32,000 nucleotides of DNA. Source: an uncultured Acidobacteriota bacterium (GTDB lineage Bacteria; Acidobacteriota; Terriglobia; Terriglobales; Acidobacteriaceae). Shown here one piece after another: positions 16,961-25,162 of the stretch (position 1 is its first letter; each line of letters begins with the position of its first letter). Location of the stretch: positions 148,865 to 180,864 of the forward strand of contig CAWITE010000028.1 in assembly GCA_963838905.1 (NCBI GenBank), written 5' to 3'. The notes under the pieces were generated by a model. The model was not told the origin of the DNA. It searched no databases and saw nothing but the letters and a program-made list of their open reading frames with translations. Made by a program: the position numbers and the translations under genes.

Positions 16961-19900
16961 ATGAGCGGCCAACAATCGATCGTAGGTGGCAACCGCACGA
17001 TTCAACACCTGATGCTTGTGAGCATTCTCCTATGGCTGCCCTGTCTTCTTTTGGCCCAAAGCTTTCGGGGCTCGATTCGTGGAAAGGTGGTGGATCCAAA
17101 CGGCAATGCCATCGTCGGTGCAAAACTGACCGCCAAGAACAGAGCGACTGGACAGATGCGCGACGCTGCGACCGGCGACGACGGCGCCTACGTACTGGCC
17201 GAGCTTCCCGCCGGAGAATATGCACTCACGGCGGAATACGGCGGATTGTCTCCGGTCGGTCAGAATGTCATCGTCAACGTTGGCTCGGATACGACCGCGA
17301 ACTTCGATTTAACCAGAGTGGAAAAGCATTTGGAACAGTTGACCGTCACGGGAGAAGCGCCAGTCATCGATACCACGCGCGACGTCCTGAGCGAGGTCGT
17401 GGACCAGAAATTAGTTGCCGAACTCCCCCTCAACGGCCGCGACTTCGGCAAGCTGGTTGCGCTGTCGCCCGGAGCCACAGTCGATCCTTCCGGCGTCGCT
17501 GGTACGCAAGGCGGTTTCGGACAATTCAATATCAACGGCAATCGTGACCGCTCCAACAACTACACTCTCGACGGCACCGACAACAACGATCCTTTCTTCA
17601 ATAACTCGGCGCTGAACCAAACGGGTATCGGAGGCGCGCCGGCTTCGCTCCTGCCGATTGATGCCATCCAGGAGTTCAACCTGCAGTCGCAGTTTGGAGC
17701 GGAATACGGCCGGAACAGCGGTTCCGTGGTGAACATCGTGACGAGGTCTGGCACCAACAAATTGCACGGTTCCGGCTTCGAATTCTTCCGCAATAGCGCA
17801 TTGGACGCTCGCAACTACTTCAATACCGAACCCCAGAAGTCCGAGTTCCAGAACAACAATTTCGGTGCTTCTTTGGGTGGCCCGATCGTGAAGGACAAAA
17901 CCTTTTTCTTCGGAGCTTACGAGGGCCAGCGCGAGCGAGTGGGTTCCGACTTTTTGCTGCTGGTTCCGACGCAGTCCCAGATTCAGCAAGCGCGCACGAT
18001 AGCGGGCGCAATCAATGGCACTCCAAGCAATCCCGTAATCAATCCCGGTCTTGATGCCATTCTCGCCTTCTATCCGAAGAGTGATACCAGCCAGATTCCT
18101 GGCGTGGTGCGCGACACGAACAACGGGAACAACTTCATTGCAAAGATTGACGAAAATCTCACCAACACAGAGCTGCTGACTGGCCGCTACGCCTTTAGCC
18201 AGAGCTACCAGGTTTTTCCGTTTGGCTCGCCCGGAGGTTTCGGCACAGGATCACGGCTGCCCCAGTTTGCGCAAACTTCGCCAACCCGGGTGCAGGTGGT
18301 TTCGGTCAGCCTGCTTTCCACCTTGAGCCCCTCGAAGATCAACGAAGTACGTTTCGGCTATAGCCGTTATCGGACGTCATTCAGTTCGCTCGATGCCAAC
18401 TTTGATCCCAACAGCATCGGGCTGAACTTCGGTACCGGCAAGCTCGGATTGCCCGAGTTTGACTTCACTAACATCGAGAATTTAGGCGCGACTGGGTTCA
18501 GCATTCCCCGAGGCCGGACCAGCCAGAGTTTTCAGATACTCGATAACTTCACCTGGCTGAAAGGCCGCCACACCTTCAAGTTCGGAGGAGAGTTCCGTCG
18601 CGCCGCCATCAGCAATTTCAACGACAATCTCGAGCGCGGCATTTTCCAGTTCACGGCCGGAGTCGGACTGAGTCCCGATCCCGTAGTCGACGCGTTGGCG
18701 GATTTCTACACCGGCGGCACGCAAGACACGAATTTTTGCTGCTCGTTCGTTTCCGTCGATGCAGGCAATACGCAACGTACGACCTACAACAACGGCTTCA
18801 GTTTCTTTGCGCAGGATGATTACCGTATGACTTCCACCCTCACCGTGAACTTCGGTCTGCGCTGGGAATATTTCGGACCGCTGAGCGAGCAGAACAACTT
18901 GCTCTCAAACCTCGGCCGCGACGGCAACCTGGCGTTGGTGGGGACCGACGGCCTCGACGGCTTGTACAATCGCGACCTGCACGACTTCGCCCCGCGCCTG
19001 GGATTCGCCTGGCAAGCCGCGAAGAACACCGTGGTCCGCGCCGGCTACGGGATTTACTATGACTACGTTCCTCAGGACCTGTTCATCGCGAACTTCACGA
19101 GCTCCGCTGGAGTCGTGACCAATCCCATCGGACCGAAAGCGGTCGTGCCTCTCTCCTTTGATCCAACTGCATTTAACGGCACCAATTCAACCCCGAATCC
19201 GCCGATCATGAATGGTGTGGCATCGCCGCCATACTCGATTTTCGTCACGCCGCGGAACTTCCGTTCTCCATACACGCAGAACTGGAATTTCAATGTCCAG
19301 CAGAAGCTCGCAGAGAATGCCTCGTTCGAAGCCCGCTACGTAGGCAGCAAGGGTAGCAGGTTGGTGCGCCTGACCGACTTGAACGAACCCAACGCCAATG
19401 GCGTCCGCCCCAATCCCAATTACGGCGCGATGGACGAGCTTACGCCCGAGAGTTCATCCAGTTACAATGCGCTGCAGGCAATCGGGCGTATCCAGCAGAA
19501 TCACGGTTTTTCGGGCTTCGCTGCTTATGTGTGGTCGAAGGCGATCGATGACGCATCGGATGGAATTGACTTCGTCCCAGGCGCGGCTTTTCCTCAAGAC
19601 CCAGGCAATCTCCCGGCAGAGCGCGGGCCCTCGCTCTTCGACACGCGGAATCGCTTTACGGCGGCGGTCAACTACGATGTGCCCGCCTGGAAAGCGGCTC
19701 GGGGGTTTGGCTCGGGCTGGCAGCTGAACACGATCATTACAGTTCAAAGCGGCCGTCCGATTCCGATCGCCAATTCGACGGACACGAGCGGCCGGTTTTA
19801 TTTCAATCAACGGCCCAATGTTGTGCCTGGTGTAAATTCAATTTTGCCGCATTGGAATCCGAGCACCGGCTATCTGAACCCACTGGCGTTCGTGCAGCCG

Positions 19901-20278
19901 GCTTTCGGCACCTTCGGTGATCTCGGTCGGGACTCGATCTTTGGCCCCGGACTTAGCAACGTGGATTTCTCCATCACGAAGAACACACGGCTGACGGAAC
20001 GACTGAACCTGCAATTGCGCGCAGAGTTCTTCAATATTTTCAACCATCCGAATTTTGCCCTGCCGGCGCACACCATTATTCCGGGATATGTGGACAACGG
20101 CAGTCCGGGCAGTCCACAGGTTGTGCCGAATCCCGCCGCCCACGTGAACGGCGACATCACGCAACCGCTGCTACCCATGGGCCTGATCACGCAGACGCCC
20201 GATGTCGCACAAACAAACCCTGGCCTCGGCGGGGGTGGCCCACGTGTGGTTCAACTGGCCGCGAAGTTCACATTCTAG
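16961..20278 (+). CDS. TonB-dependent receptor with N-terminal carboxypeptidase-regulatory-like domain
   Basis: Signal peptide, then a CarboxypepD_reg-like segment (GSIRGKVVDPNGNAIVGAKLTAKNRATGQMRDAATGDDGAYVLAELPAGEYALTAEY). A plug region (LNGRDF) follows, then a long beta-barrel ending in the aromatic terminus KFTF. The RBS AAGGAGA precedes the ATG. Confidence 0.9.
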   Translation: MSGQQSIVGGNRTIQHLMLVSILLWLPCLLLAQSFRGSIRGKVVDPNGNAIVGAKLTAKNRATGQMRDAATGDDGAYVLAELPAGEYALTAEYGGLSPVGQNVIVNVGSDTTANFDLTRVEKHLEQLTVTGEAPVIDTTRDVLSEVVDQKLVAELPLNGRDFGKLVALSPGATVDPSGVAGTQGGFGQFNINGNRDRSNNYTLDGTDNNDPFFNNSALNQTGIGGAPASLLPIDAIQEFNLQSQFGAEYGRNSGSVVNIVTRSGTNKLHGSGFEFFRNSALDARNYFNTEPQKSEFQNNNFGASLGGPIVKDKTFFFGAYEGQRERVGSDFLLLVPTQSQIQQARTIAGAINGTPSNPVINPGLDAILAFYPKSDTSQIPGVVRDTNNGNNFIAKIDENLTNTELLTGRYAFSQSYQVFPFGSPGGFGTGSRLPQFAQTSPTRVQVVSVSLLSTLSPSKINEVRFGYSRYRTSFSSLDANFDPNSIGLNFGTGKLGLPEFDFTNIENLGATGFSIPRGRTSQSFQILDNFTWLKGRHTFKFGGEFRRAAISNFNDNLERGIFQFTAGVGLSPDPVVDALADFYTGGTQDTNFCCSFVSVDAGNTQRTTYNNGFSFFAQDDYRMTSTLTVNFGLRWEYFGPLSEQNNLLSNLGRDGNLALVGTDGLDGLYNRDLHDFAPRLGFAWQAAKNTVVRAGYGIYYDYVPQDLFIANFTSSAGVVTNPIGPKAVVPLSFDPTAFNGTNSTPNPPIMNGVASPPYSIFVTPRNFRSPYTQNWNFNVQQKLAENASFEARYVGSKGSRLVRLTDLNEPNANGVRPNPNYGAMDELTPESSSSYNALQAIGRIQQNHGFSGFAAYVWSKAIDDASDGIDFVPGAAFPQDPGNLPAERGPSLFDTRNRFTAAVNYDVPAWKAARGFGSGWQLNTIITVQSGRPIPIANSTDTSGRFYFNQRPNVVPGVNSILPHWNPSTGYLNPLAFVQPAFGTFGDLGRDSIFGPGLSNVDFSITKNTRLTERLNLQLRAEFFNIFNHPNFALPAHTIIPGYVDNGSPGSPQVVPNPAAHVNGDITQPLLPMGLITQTPDVAQTNPGLGGGGPRVVQLAAKFTF

Positions 20279-20327
20279 GACGGATCGTGTGGCGCGGGCG
20301 CCCCCACCCGCGTCATGTTCGTGCCCG

Positions 20328-21165
20328 CTAGGTATTCACGTCTGCCACGATCTCCGGCAAGACCGCCCGCAGCAGCGCCACGAAGTCTCCCTTAACCCGC
20401 TCGCCAGTCGCGAGCACGTCTCCGTGGCTGAGCACGTCATCGGAAATCCCCGCCGCCATGTTGGTCACGCAGGAAATGGCCAGCACCTTGATTCCCATGT
20501 GCCGAGCGGCGATGACTTCAGGAATCGTCGACATGCCCACCAGATCCGCGCCCATCGTACGCAGGTATCGAATCTCCGCTGGAGTCTCGTAACTCGGGCC
20601 CAAGAGTCCCGCGTAGACACCTTGATATACCGTCTTGCCCAAGTGGACGCGCGGCTCGCAGCGCGATCTCGCGATACGGCTTCGAGTACGCCTGAGTCAT
20701 GTCGGGAAATCGCGGTCCGAAGCGATCGTCGTTAGGACCGGTCAGCGGATTTTGTCCCTGCAGATTGATGTGGTCTGTAATCACGACCAATGCACCCTGT
20801 TTGTATTCGAGATTGATGCCCCCGGCGGCGTTGGTCAGGATTACCGCACGGATGCCCATTCTCCCAAACGCGCGGATGGGAAATGCGACCTCGTTCGGAG
20901 AATAGCCTTCGTACAAGTGCACCCGTCCCTGCATAGCCGCCACGGCAATGGAGCCAACTTTCCCGATCACCATATGACCGGCATGGCCGATTGCAGTGGA
21001 ACGCGGGAAGTAAGGAATATTCGCGTAGGGGATTCGCGTTGCTTCAGAGAGCTCGTCGGCAAAGCCGCCTAGACCCGAGCCCAGAACCAGTCCGATGGAT
21101 GGAGAAAGTTGAGTCTGCAAAAGCAGAAAGTTCGCGGCAGATTCAGCGTTGGTGAAGTCGTCCAT
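20328..21165 (-). pseudogene. Purine nucleoside phosphorylase (PunA/PNP type) split by a frameshift near 20643..20652
   Basis: The 5' ORF (21165..20518) matches PNP up to ...[13 protein letters not shown]. The 3' ORF (20642..20328) continues in another frame with [48 protein letters not shown]. Together they make one full-length PNP. Confidence 0.8.
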
Positions 21166-21230
21166 AAGGGGCCAGCTCCTGGCTACATCTTGTCCACTGA
21201 AAACTGTGAAACATCAACTAACAACTGCTT

Positions 21231-22823
21231 CTAGAACTTCTTTTCGAATACAGCGAACTCCTCTTCAAGTTTCCACTGCATCTGGGCGCGTTCGCTGCCA
21301 TCCAGAAATTTCTGACACGCGGCAGATACTTTCCTCGAGCCGGCACGATCGTCCGTACACGCCGCGACCGGACGGAAGTCGGATGCCCACAGGCTGGAAC
21401 CTGCCAGAAAGCTATGCTCGAGGCTCATTCGCGCCATGCGCTTTAAGTCTTTGTAACCGAGGAAATCATAAGTGTGAACTGCACGCAGATACTCATGAAT
21501 CATATCGGAGCGCGATACTCCCTCGTCATCAGTGGCCAGGGCTACCGGCACGCCGTACCGCAGATAGATCGGCAGAGGATGGGCGTCGCCCTTTACGCCC
21601 AGGATTACATCATTGGAAGTCAGGCAGATTTCGACCAGAACATTCCTTCGTGCCATCTCGCGCACCAAATCGATCGGGTGATCCTCGTTCATCACGTCCA
21701 CGCCATGGCCGATGCGCTCTGCGTGTCCGCGCTCGACTGATTCGCGGATATGGAAGCGCAGGCCCTCCGGCGGCACCAGGCCCATGGCCAGCTCCCCGGC
21801 GTGCAGGCTGATGTGCACCTTGGGATAGACGCCGTGCAGGTAGTCAAGCATCTTCATGTGCAACTCGAAATCGTGCATGGGGACGTACCAATCTTCAGGC
21901 TGGACGAGGTTCAGGCCCACACAACGCGGATCCGTTTGCGCCAGTTCGAAGCCGAAAAGAATCTCTGCGAAGACCATCTCGCGAGGCAGCCCACGCAGCA
22001 CCTGATACAAGTAGCGAATCTTAACCGCGCATCCCGGGTTTGCTTCCACAGTCCCGCACTTGAGGACAGACCGCATTTTGCCCTCGTCTTCATCGAGCCG
22101 CTTGCTGGTAGTGGCGACGATCTCCTTGAGACCATCGGTCAGCAACTTCTCACGCATATGGGCGAAGTCATCGTCCCATCCCAGCTTCGCGCCGAGTTGC
22201 CCGGACTGAACTGAATCCGCGGTATACATCAACTCGAGATATTGAAGACGGTCTGCCGCCGCGCGCGATGCCGCCTCGGCAAGAGCGTCCCCGGTACGGT
22301 TATGAGTCGCCAACGAAAACTTGTCGAAGGTGGCGAAGAAATGATCGTGCCCCGATTCTTCCCCCGGTGCCCAATTACGCATCGACCAGGCGTCGACGAT
22401 CGAGTTGTAGAGAACATGGTCGCCGTATGCACAACGGATCGCCGGCTTGCTCGTGTACTTTGCGCAGGAATCGTCACACGGAGGGGCTATAAGAATCGAA
22501 GTCGTACGGTCCACGCACAGATTGTCGCTCGCGGCATAGTCGATCAGATTCTCCGCGTACAGCGCGCCGCTCAAATGGATATGCAGATCGCCACCTTTGG
22601 GCATGTCGCGCAGGAACGCCAACTGAAGTGAAGGCTGCCGCCGGATGGACTCGAAATGGCGCGCAGTCCGCTGCTCAGCGCTTGGACCGGATTGCGCCGA
22701 CGCAGAACCGGCGAGCCACGCGATGATTAGAAGAACAGCCGACCGACCGACGGGCCCCACAGCGTCTCCCGTAACAAAGATCTTTCTGGAAACGGGCATT
22801 TTACCCTGACGCAATGAAAACAT
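21231..22823 (-). CDS. Adenosine deaminase family protein, long ADGF/ADA2-like form with signal peptide
   Basis: Metal and catalytic motifs GGDLHIHLSG, HISLHAGE, RIGHGVDV and ALATDDEGVSRSD. The N-terminus has a hydrophobic signal region (AVLLIIAWLAGSASAQS). The start is 22823 or 22799. Confidence 0.85.
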   Translation of the reverse strand: MFSLRQGKMPVSRKIFVTGDAVGPVGRSAVLLIIAWLAGSASAQSGPSAEQRTARHFESIRRQPSLQLAFLRDMPKGGDLHIHLSGALYAENLIDYAASDNLCVDRTTSILIAPPCDDSCAKYTSKPAIRCAYGDHVLYNSIVDAWSMRNWAPGEESGHDHFFATFDKFSLATHNRTGDALAEAASRAAADRLQYLELMYTADSVQSGQLGAKLGWDDDFAHMREKLLTDGLKEIVATTSKRLDEDEGKMRSVLKCGTVEANPGCAVKIRYLYQVLRGLPREMVFAEILFGFELAQTDPRCVGLNLVQPEDWYVPMHDFELHMKMLDYLHGVYPKVHISLHAGELAMGLVPPEGLRFHIRESVERGHAERIGHGVDVMNEDHPIDLVREMARRNVLVEICLTSNDVILGVKGDAHPLPIYLRYGVPVALATDDEGVSRSDMIHEYLRAVHTYDFLGYKDLKRMARMSLEHSFLAGSSLWASDFRPVAACTDDRAGSRKVSAACQKFLDGSERAQMQWKLEEEFAVFEKKF

Positions 22824-22874
22824 GGAAACAACGCGACACTACATTCCACGTCAGTCGAGATCCCCCAAAAACAC

Positions 22875-22991
22875 ATCTCCGCGTACTCTGCGGCTGTTCT
22901 CAGCGGTCTCCGCGTTTTAGGATTTTGGTTTCGCCGGGACAGATCTTAAATCGCAGAGGTCGCGGAGAACAGCCGCAGAAGGCGCGGAGAT
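22875..22991. repeat. Compound palindrome (family F: ATCTCCGCG...CTGCGGCTGTTCTC)
   Basis: The 27-nt arm at 22875..22901 pairs with 22965..22991 (3 mismatches). Additional tctccgcg / cgcggaga copies lie inside. Confidence 0.75.
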
Positions 22992-23296
22992 GCCTCCAAA
23001 CTCCTTATGCAACAGGGTTTTGCCCGCGATTTTCACAAATACAATCAGTGTCCCTTGACAGGGCTAAACCGCGTCGGACAAGAAGATCCGCGAAAATTGC
23101 GCATTGGCGCACAGCACAAAGCTCTGTGACGGATGAACTGCACCAACTCTGCGGCACCGGCCTGTGAACCATCTGCACTCGATTGAAAATTCGGCAGATA
23201 CGTTTGCACATTTTTCATTGACTCTAAAAACGAAAAGAGTAAAACCATAATCGTTCTTTGACAACTTCTGAAGTTTTCCCGGTTGGTGCGGCGTCC

Positions 23297-23660
23297 GGGG
23301 CTCAAGCGAAGTCACCCTCTACATTGCAAAATGACTGAGGGAGGGTTAGCAAGGGTCTATAGCAAAGTGCTGGTCGAGGCGAACAAGAAGATCTGTCGAA
23401 GGCAGGATAGAGTCCTGAGGCGTTGGGGTGGTTTATCCGGTTGGCGGTAAGCCCGGAGCCCGAGCAAAGATCGCGAGTTGCCATCCGCAAGGACCGCAAC
23501 TCATGCAGGTCAGCGAGGGTCTAAAGCGAGCTACTGGCCGAGACGAATGATCCTAACACTACCTCGGGACTCTTAATTTGTCTGCAGCAGTTGGTGGCCA
23601 GTGGTTAGCCTGGGCTGCAGCTCTCCCCAAGCAGATTGCGAACCGGTAGCAGAGGCTACC
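23297..23660 (+). ncRNA. Candidate structured non-coding RNA (family unknown)
   Basis: The region has no credible ORF. A 12-bp long-range helix pairs 23409..23420 with 23562..23573 (11 WC plus 1 G-U). The hairpin at 23475..23502 is capped by CC-GCAA-GG. Other stems are 23436..23440/23453..23457, 23314..23319/23341..23346, 23582..23620 and 23645..23660. A 40-nt module is duplicated (23344..23383 and 23508..23547; 31/40 identical). The G-U pair and the GNRA loop favour the + strand. Confidence 0.35.
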
Positions 23661-23674
23661 CACTGTCCACAGCC

Positions 23675-24367
23675 TTAAGGCCCCTGCTGTATTTGGAACC
23701 GTTCCTTTGGCACCAGCCGCGTCCGATAAATCGAGTTAGTCGCAGCCACTTCAGCGACCGCGTCCACGTTCAGTTCGTACGAGCCCCGCGGCAGGTTCTC
23801 TCCGAAAGGAATCTCAGTCCCCGCATCGCCCTTCTTCAACGGAAAACGCTGGTAGCCGATGGCCGTAGCCCGTCCAATCTCATTCACTGCCATCACGATT
23901 ACGGTCAAATCAAAATCCTGCTCGGTCTGGTTGGAAACGATAATTGAACCCTCCAGCCTTTGGCCGTTCACTTTGGGATAGCGCCCCCACTGCGCCATGA
24001 GCGGCGCTACGACTGTCAGAACCAGTTGTTGGTTGCGTTGAACAGCGGGCCGGCCGCTGTCCGTCACAGTCACGGTAAACCGGAATTCACCGGTTTCCAT
24101 TGGAGCGCCGCTCAGAATTCCATCTTGCCCAAGCACAATGCCGGCGGGCAGAGCACCCTCCGTGATTTCCCACCGCGAGGGAGTGATGCCCCCGCGTGCT
24201 TGCAAACGAGTTTCATAGTGCTGTCTGAGATAGGCCTTGGGTAAGCTCGTGGTTTGAATCACAAGAGGTTCGCCAGTCGCCGCACCTTGTTGCGCTCTAG
24301 CTACGCCGGCAAACACGCAGAAACAACAGAGTAAGAGAACGAGCATTCGTCGGTGTGCGAGCGGCAT
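23675..24367 (-). CDS. Secreted protein with putative Ig-like (cadherin/He_PIG-like) domain
   Basis: Start at the ATG that is the complement of 24365..24367. The product has a signal peptide (MPLAHRRMLVLLLCCFCVFAGVARAQQ). The segment LPKAYLRQHYETRLQARGGITPSRWEITEGALPAGIVLGQDGILSGAPMETGEFRFTVTVTDSG matches the 'putative Ig' repeat pattern. The longer ORF to 24967 is antisense to the HD gene and was rejected. Confidence 0.6.
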   Translation of the reverse strand: MPLAHRRMLVLLLCCFCVFAGVARAQQGAATGEPLVIQTTSLPKAYLRQHYETRLQARGGITPSRWEITEGALPAGIVLGQDGILSGAPMETGEFRFTVTVTDSGRPAVQRNQQLVLTVVAPLMAQWGRYPKVNGQRLEGSIIVSNQTEQDFDLTVIVMAVNEIGRATAIGYQRFPLKKGDAGTEIPFGENLPRGSYELNVDAVAEVAATNSIYRTRLVPKERFQIQQGP

Positions 24368-24442
24368 CTCAAGTCGGAAGGGCACAGAAGCGATTATAGC
24401 CTCGTGCCTCTCGACGCAGCCGCCACCCGCACGATAAGCTAG

Positions 24443-25024
24443 ATGGTTTCCGAGGGGGCGGATTGCATGCGCGATGCGGTCGCACGGCTGTGGCCGGAGA
24501 TTCAGTGGATTGAGAAACCTAAGCTGCGGGAGCAGGTCACCCAGACCTGGATCAAAGCACTGGAACGCAGCCCGCTGAAACCTGATGACCTGAATCGCAT
24601 TCCGTTCACACTGCTCGTGCTCAACTGCCCAATCACTTTTATGGAGCATAAGCGCTGCGTGGTCCACATCGCACGTCAGAGTGCCGAGTCCATGCACGAA
24701 TTCATGGGCCGCGCGCTGCCGATTAACATGGACGTCGTAATCGCGGGCGCCATTCTTGCTGACGTCGGCAAGCTGCTCGAATACGAACTCGGACCCGACG
24801 GCAAGAGTCGCCAAAGTGAGCGCGGCGAAGCCTTGCGGCATCCGTTCACGGGAGTCGCGCTGGCGCTCGAATGCGGTGTGCCCGACGAAGTTTGCCACGT
24901 TATCGCGGCTCATGCCGCCGAAGGTGATCTGGTGAAACGCACCACCGAAGCGTACATCGTGCACCACGCTGACTTCATGGCATTCTTGCCGTTTAAGAAT
25001 CCGAAGAACGTGAAGGTGAAATGA
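24443..25024 (+). CDS. HD-superfamily-like protein with a variant metal dyad
   Basis: EHKRCVVHIARQSAE...VVIAGAILADVGKLLEY...VIAAHAAEGD...IVHHADF follows the HD-domain spacing. The canonical HD dyad reads AD. Confidence 0.7.
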   Translation: MVSEGADCMRDAVARLWPEIQWIEKPKLREQVTQTWIKALERSPLKPDDLNRIPFTLLVLNCPITFMEHKRCVVHIARQSAESMHEFMGRALPINMDVVIAGAILADVGKLLEYELGPDGKSRQSERGEALRHPFTGVALALECGVPDEVCHVIAAHAAEGDLVKRTTEAYIVHHADFMAFLPFKNPKNVKVK

Positions 25025-25054
25025 GTTATGGCTTAAACATTGTTCCTTACTCTT

Positions 25055-25127
25055 GTCATTCCGAGCGAAGCGAGGAATCTGCTGTTTTTTGCGCAGAATT
25101 CAGATCCCTCGCTTCGCTCGGGATGAC
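25055..25127. repeat. Inverted pair of family A units forming a 27-bp-arm hairpin
   Basis: gtcattccgagcgaagcgaggaatctg (25055..25081) pairs with cagatccctcgcttcgctcgggatgac (25101..25127). There are 2 mismatches and a 19-nt T-rich loop. Confidence 0.85.
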
Positions 25128-25162
25128 AAGTCGATGGAAATGAAGCAACCCAAGGAGATTCC

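Noticed and set aside
22814-23167. 117-aa plus-strand ORF in the long intergenic gap
   Set aside because: Most of it is a translation of the family F palindrome (…HLRVLCGCSQRSPRF…). It has no RBS and no coding-like composition. The ORF at 25033..25245 is likewise a translated family A repeat.
23405-23575. Resemblance to the FMN (RFN) riboswitch core (ggggtgg...ccggttggcggtaagcccgg...ggtcagc)
   Set aside because: No complementary CCCC partner exists for the GGGG stem. The conserved 3' GACGGU.AAGUCCGGAUG block is missing. No downstream riboflavin-related gene lies on that strand.
23338-23576. Patches resembling bacterial RNase P RNA: gagggagggttagcaagggtctatagc against the CR-I region, ggcggtaagcccggagc, and ctggccgagacgaatgatcc...acactacctcgggactctta against CUGGCCUAGAUGAAUGAC...ACAGAACCCGGCUUA
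   Set aside because: The near-invariant GAGGAAAGUCCGGGC and ACAGAANCCGGCUUA blocks are not present. The distance between the would-be P4 strands is far too short for a type A/B RNA. The similarity comes from my memory of E. coli M1 RNA and is patchy. It should still be tested with the Rfam covariance model.
23665-23680. tmRNA / tRNA-like 3' end on the minus strand (ggttcgcaatc ... ggccaccaac)
   Set aside because: No T-stem complementarity or acceptor stem could be built, and no tag-peptide reading frame or 5' GGGG...UUCGAC element is present.
24368-24967. N-terminal 200 aa of the 430-aa minus-strand ORF 23675..24967
   Set aside because: This part is antisense to the well-supported HD-like gene and has no recognisable features. 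A signal peptide begins at the internal ATG (24367), which gives a sensible 230-aa secreted protein.
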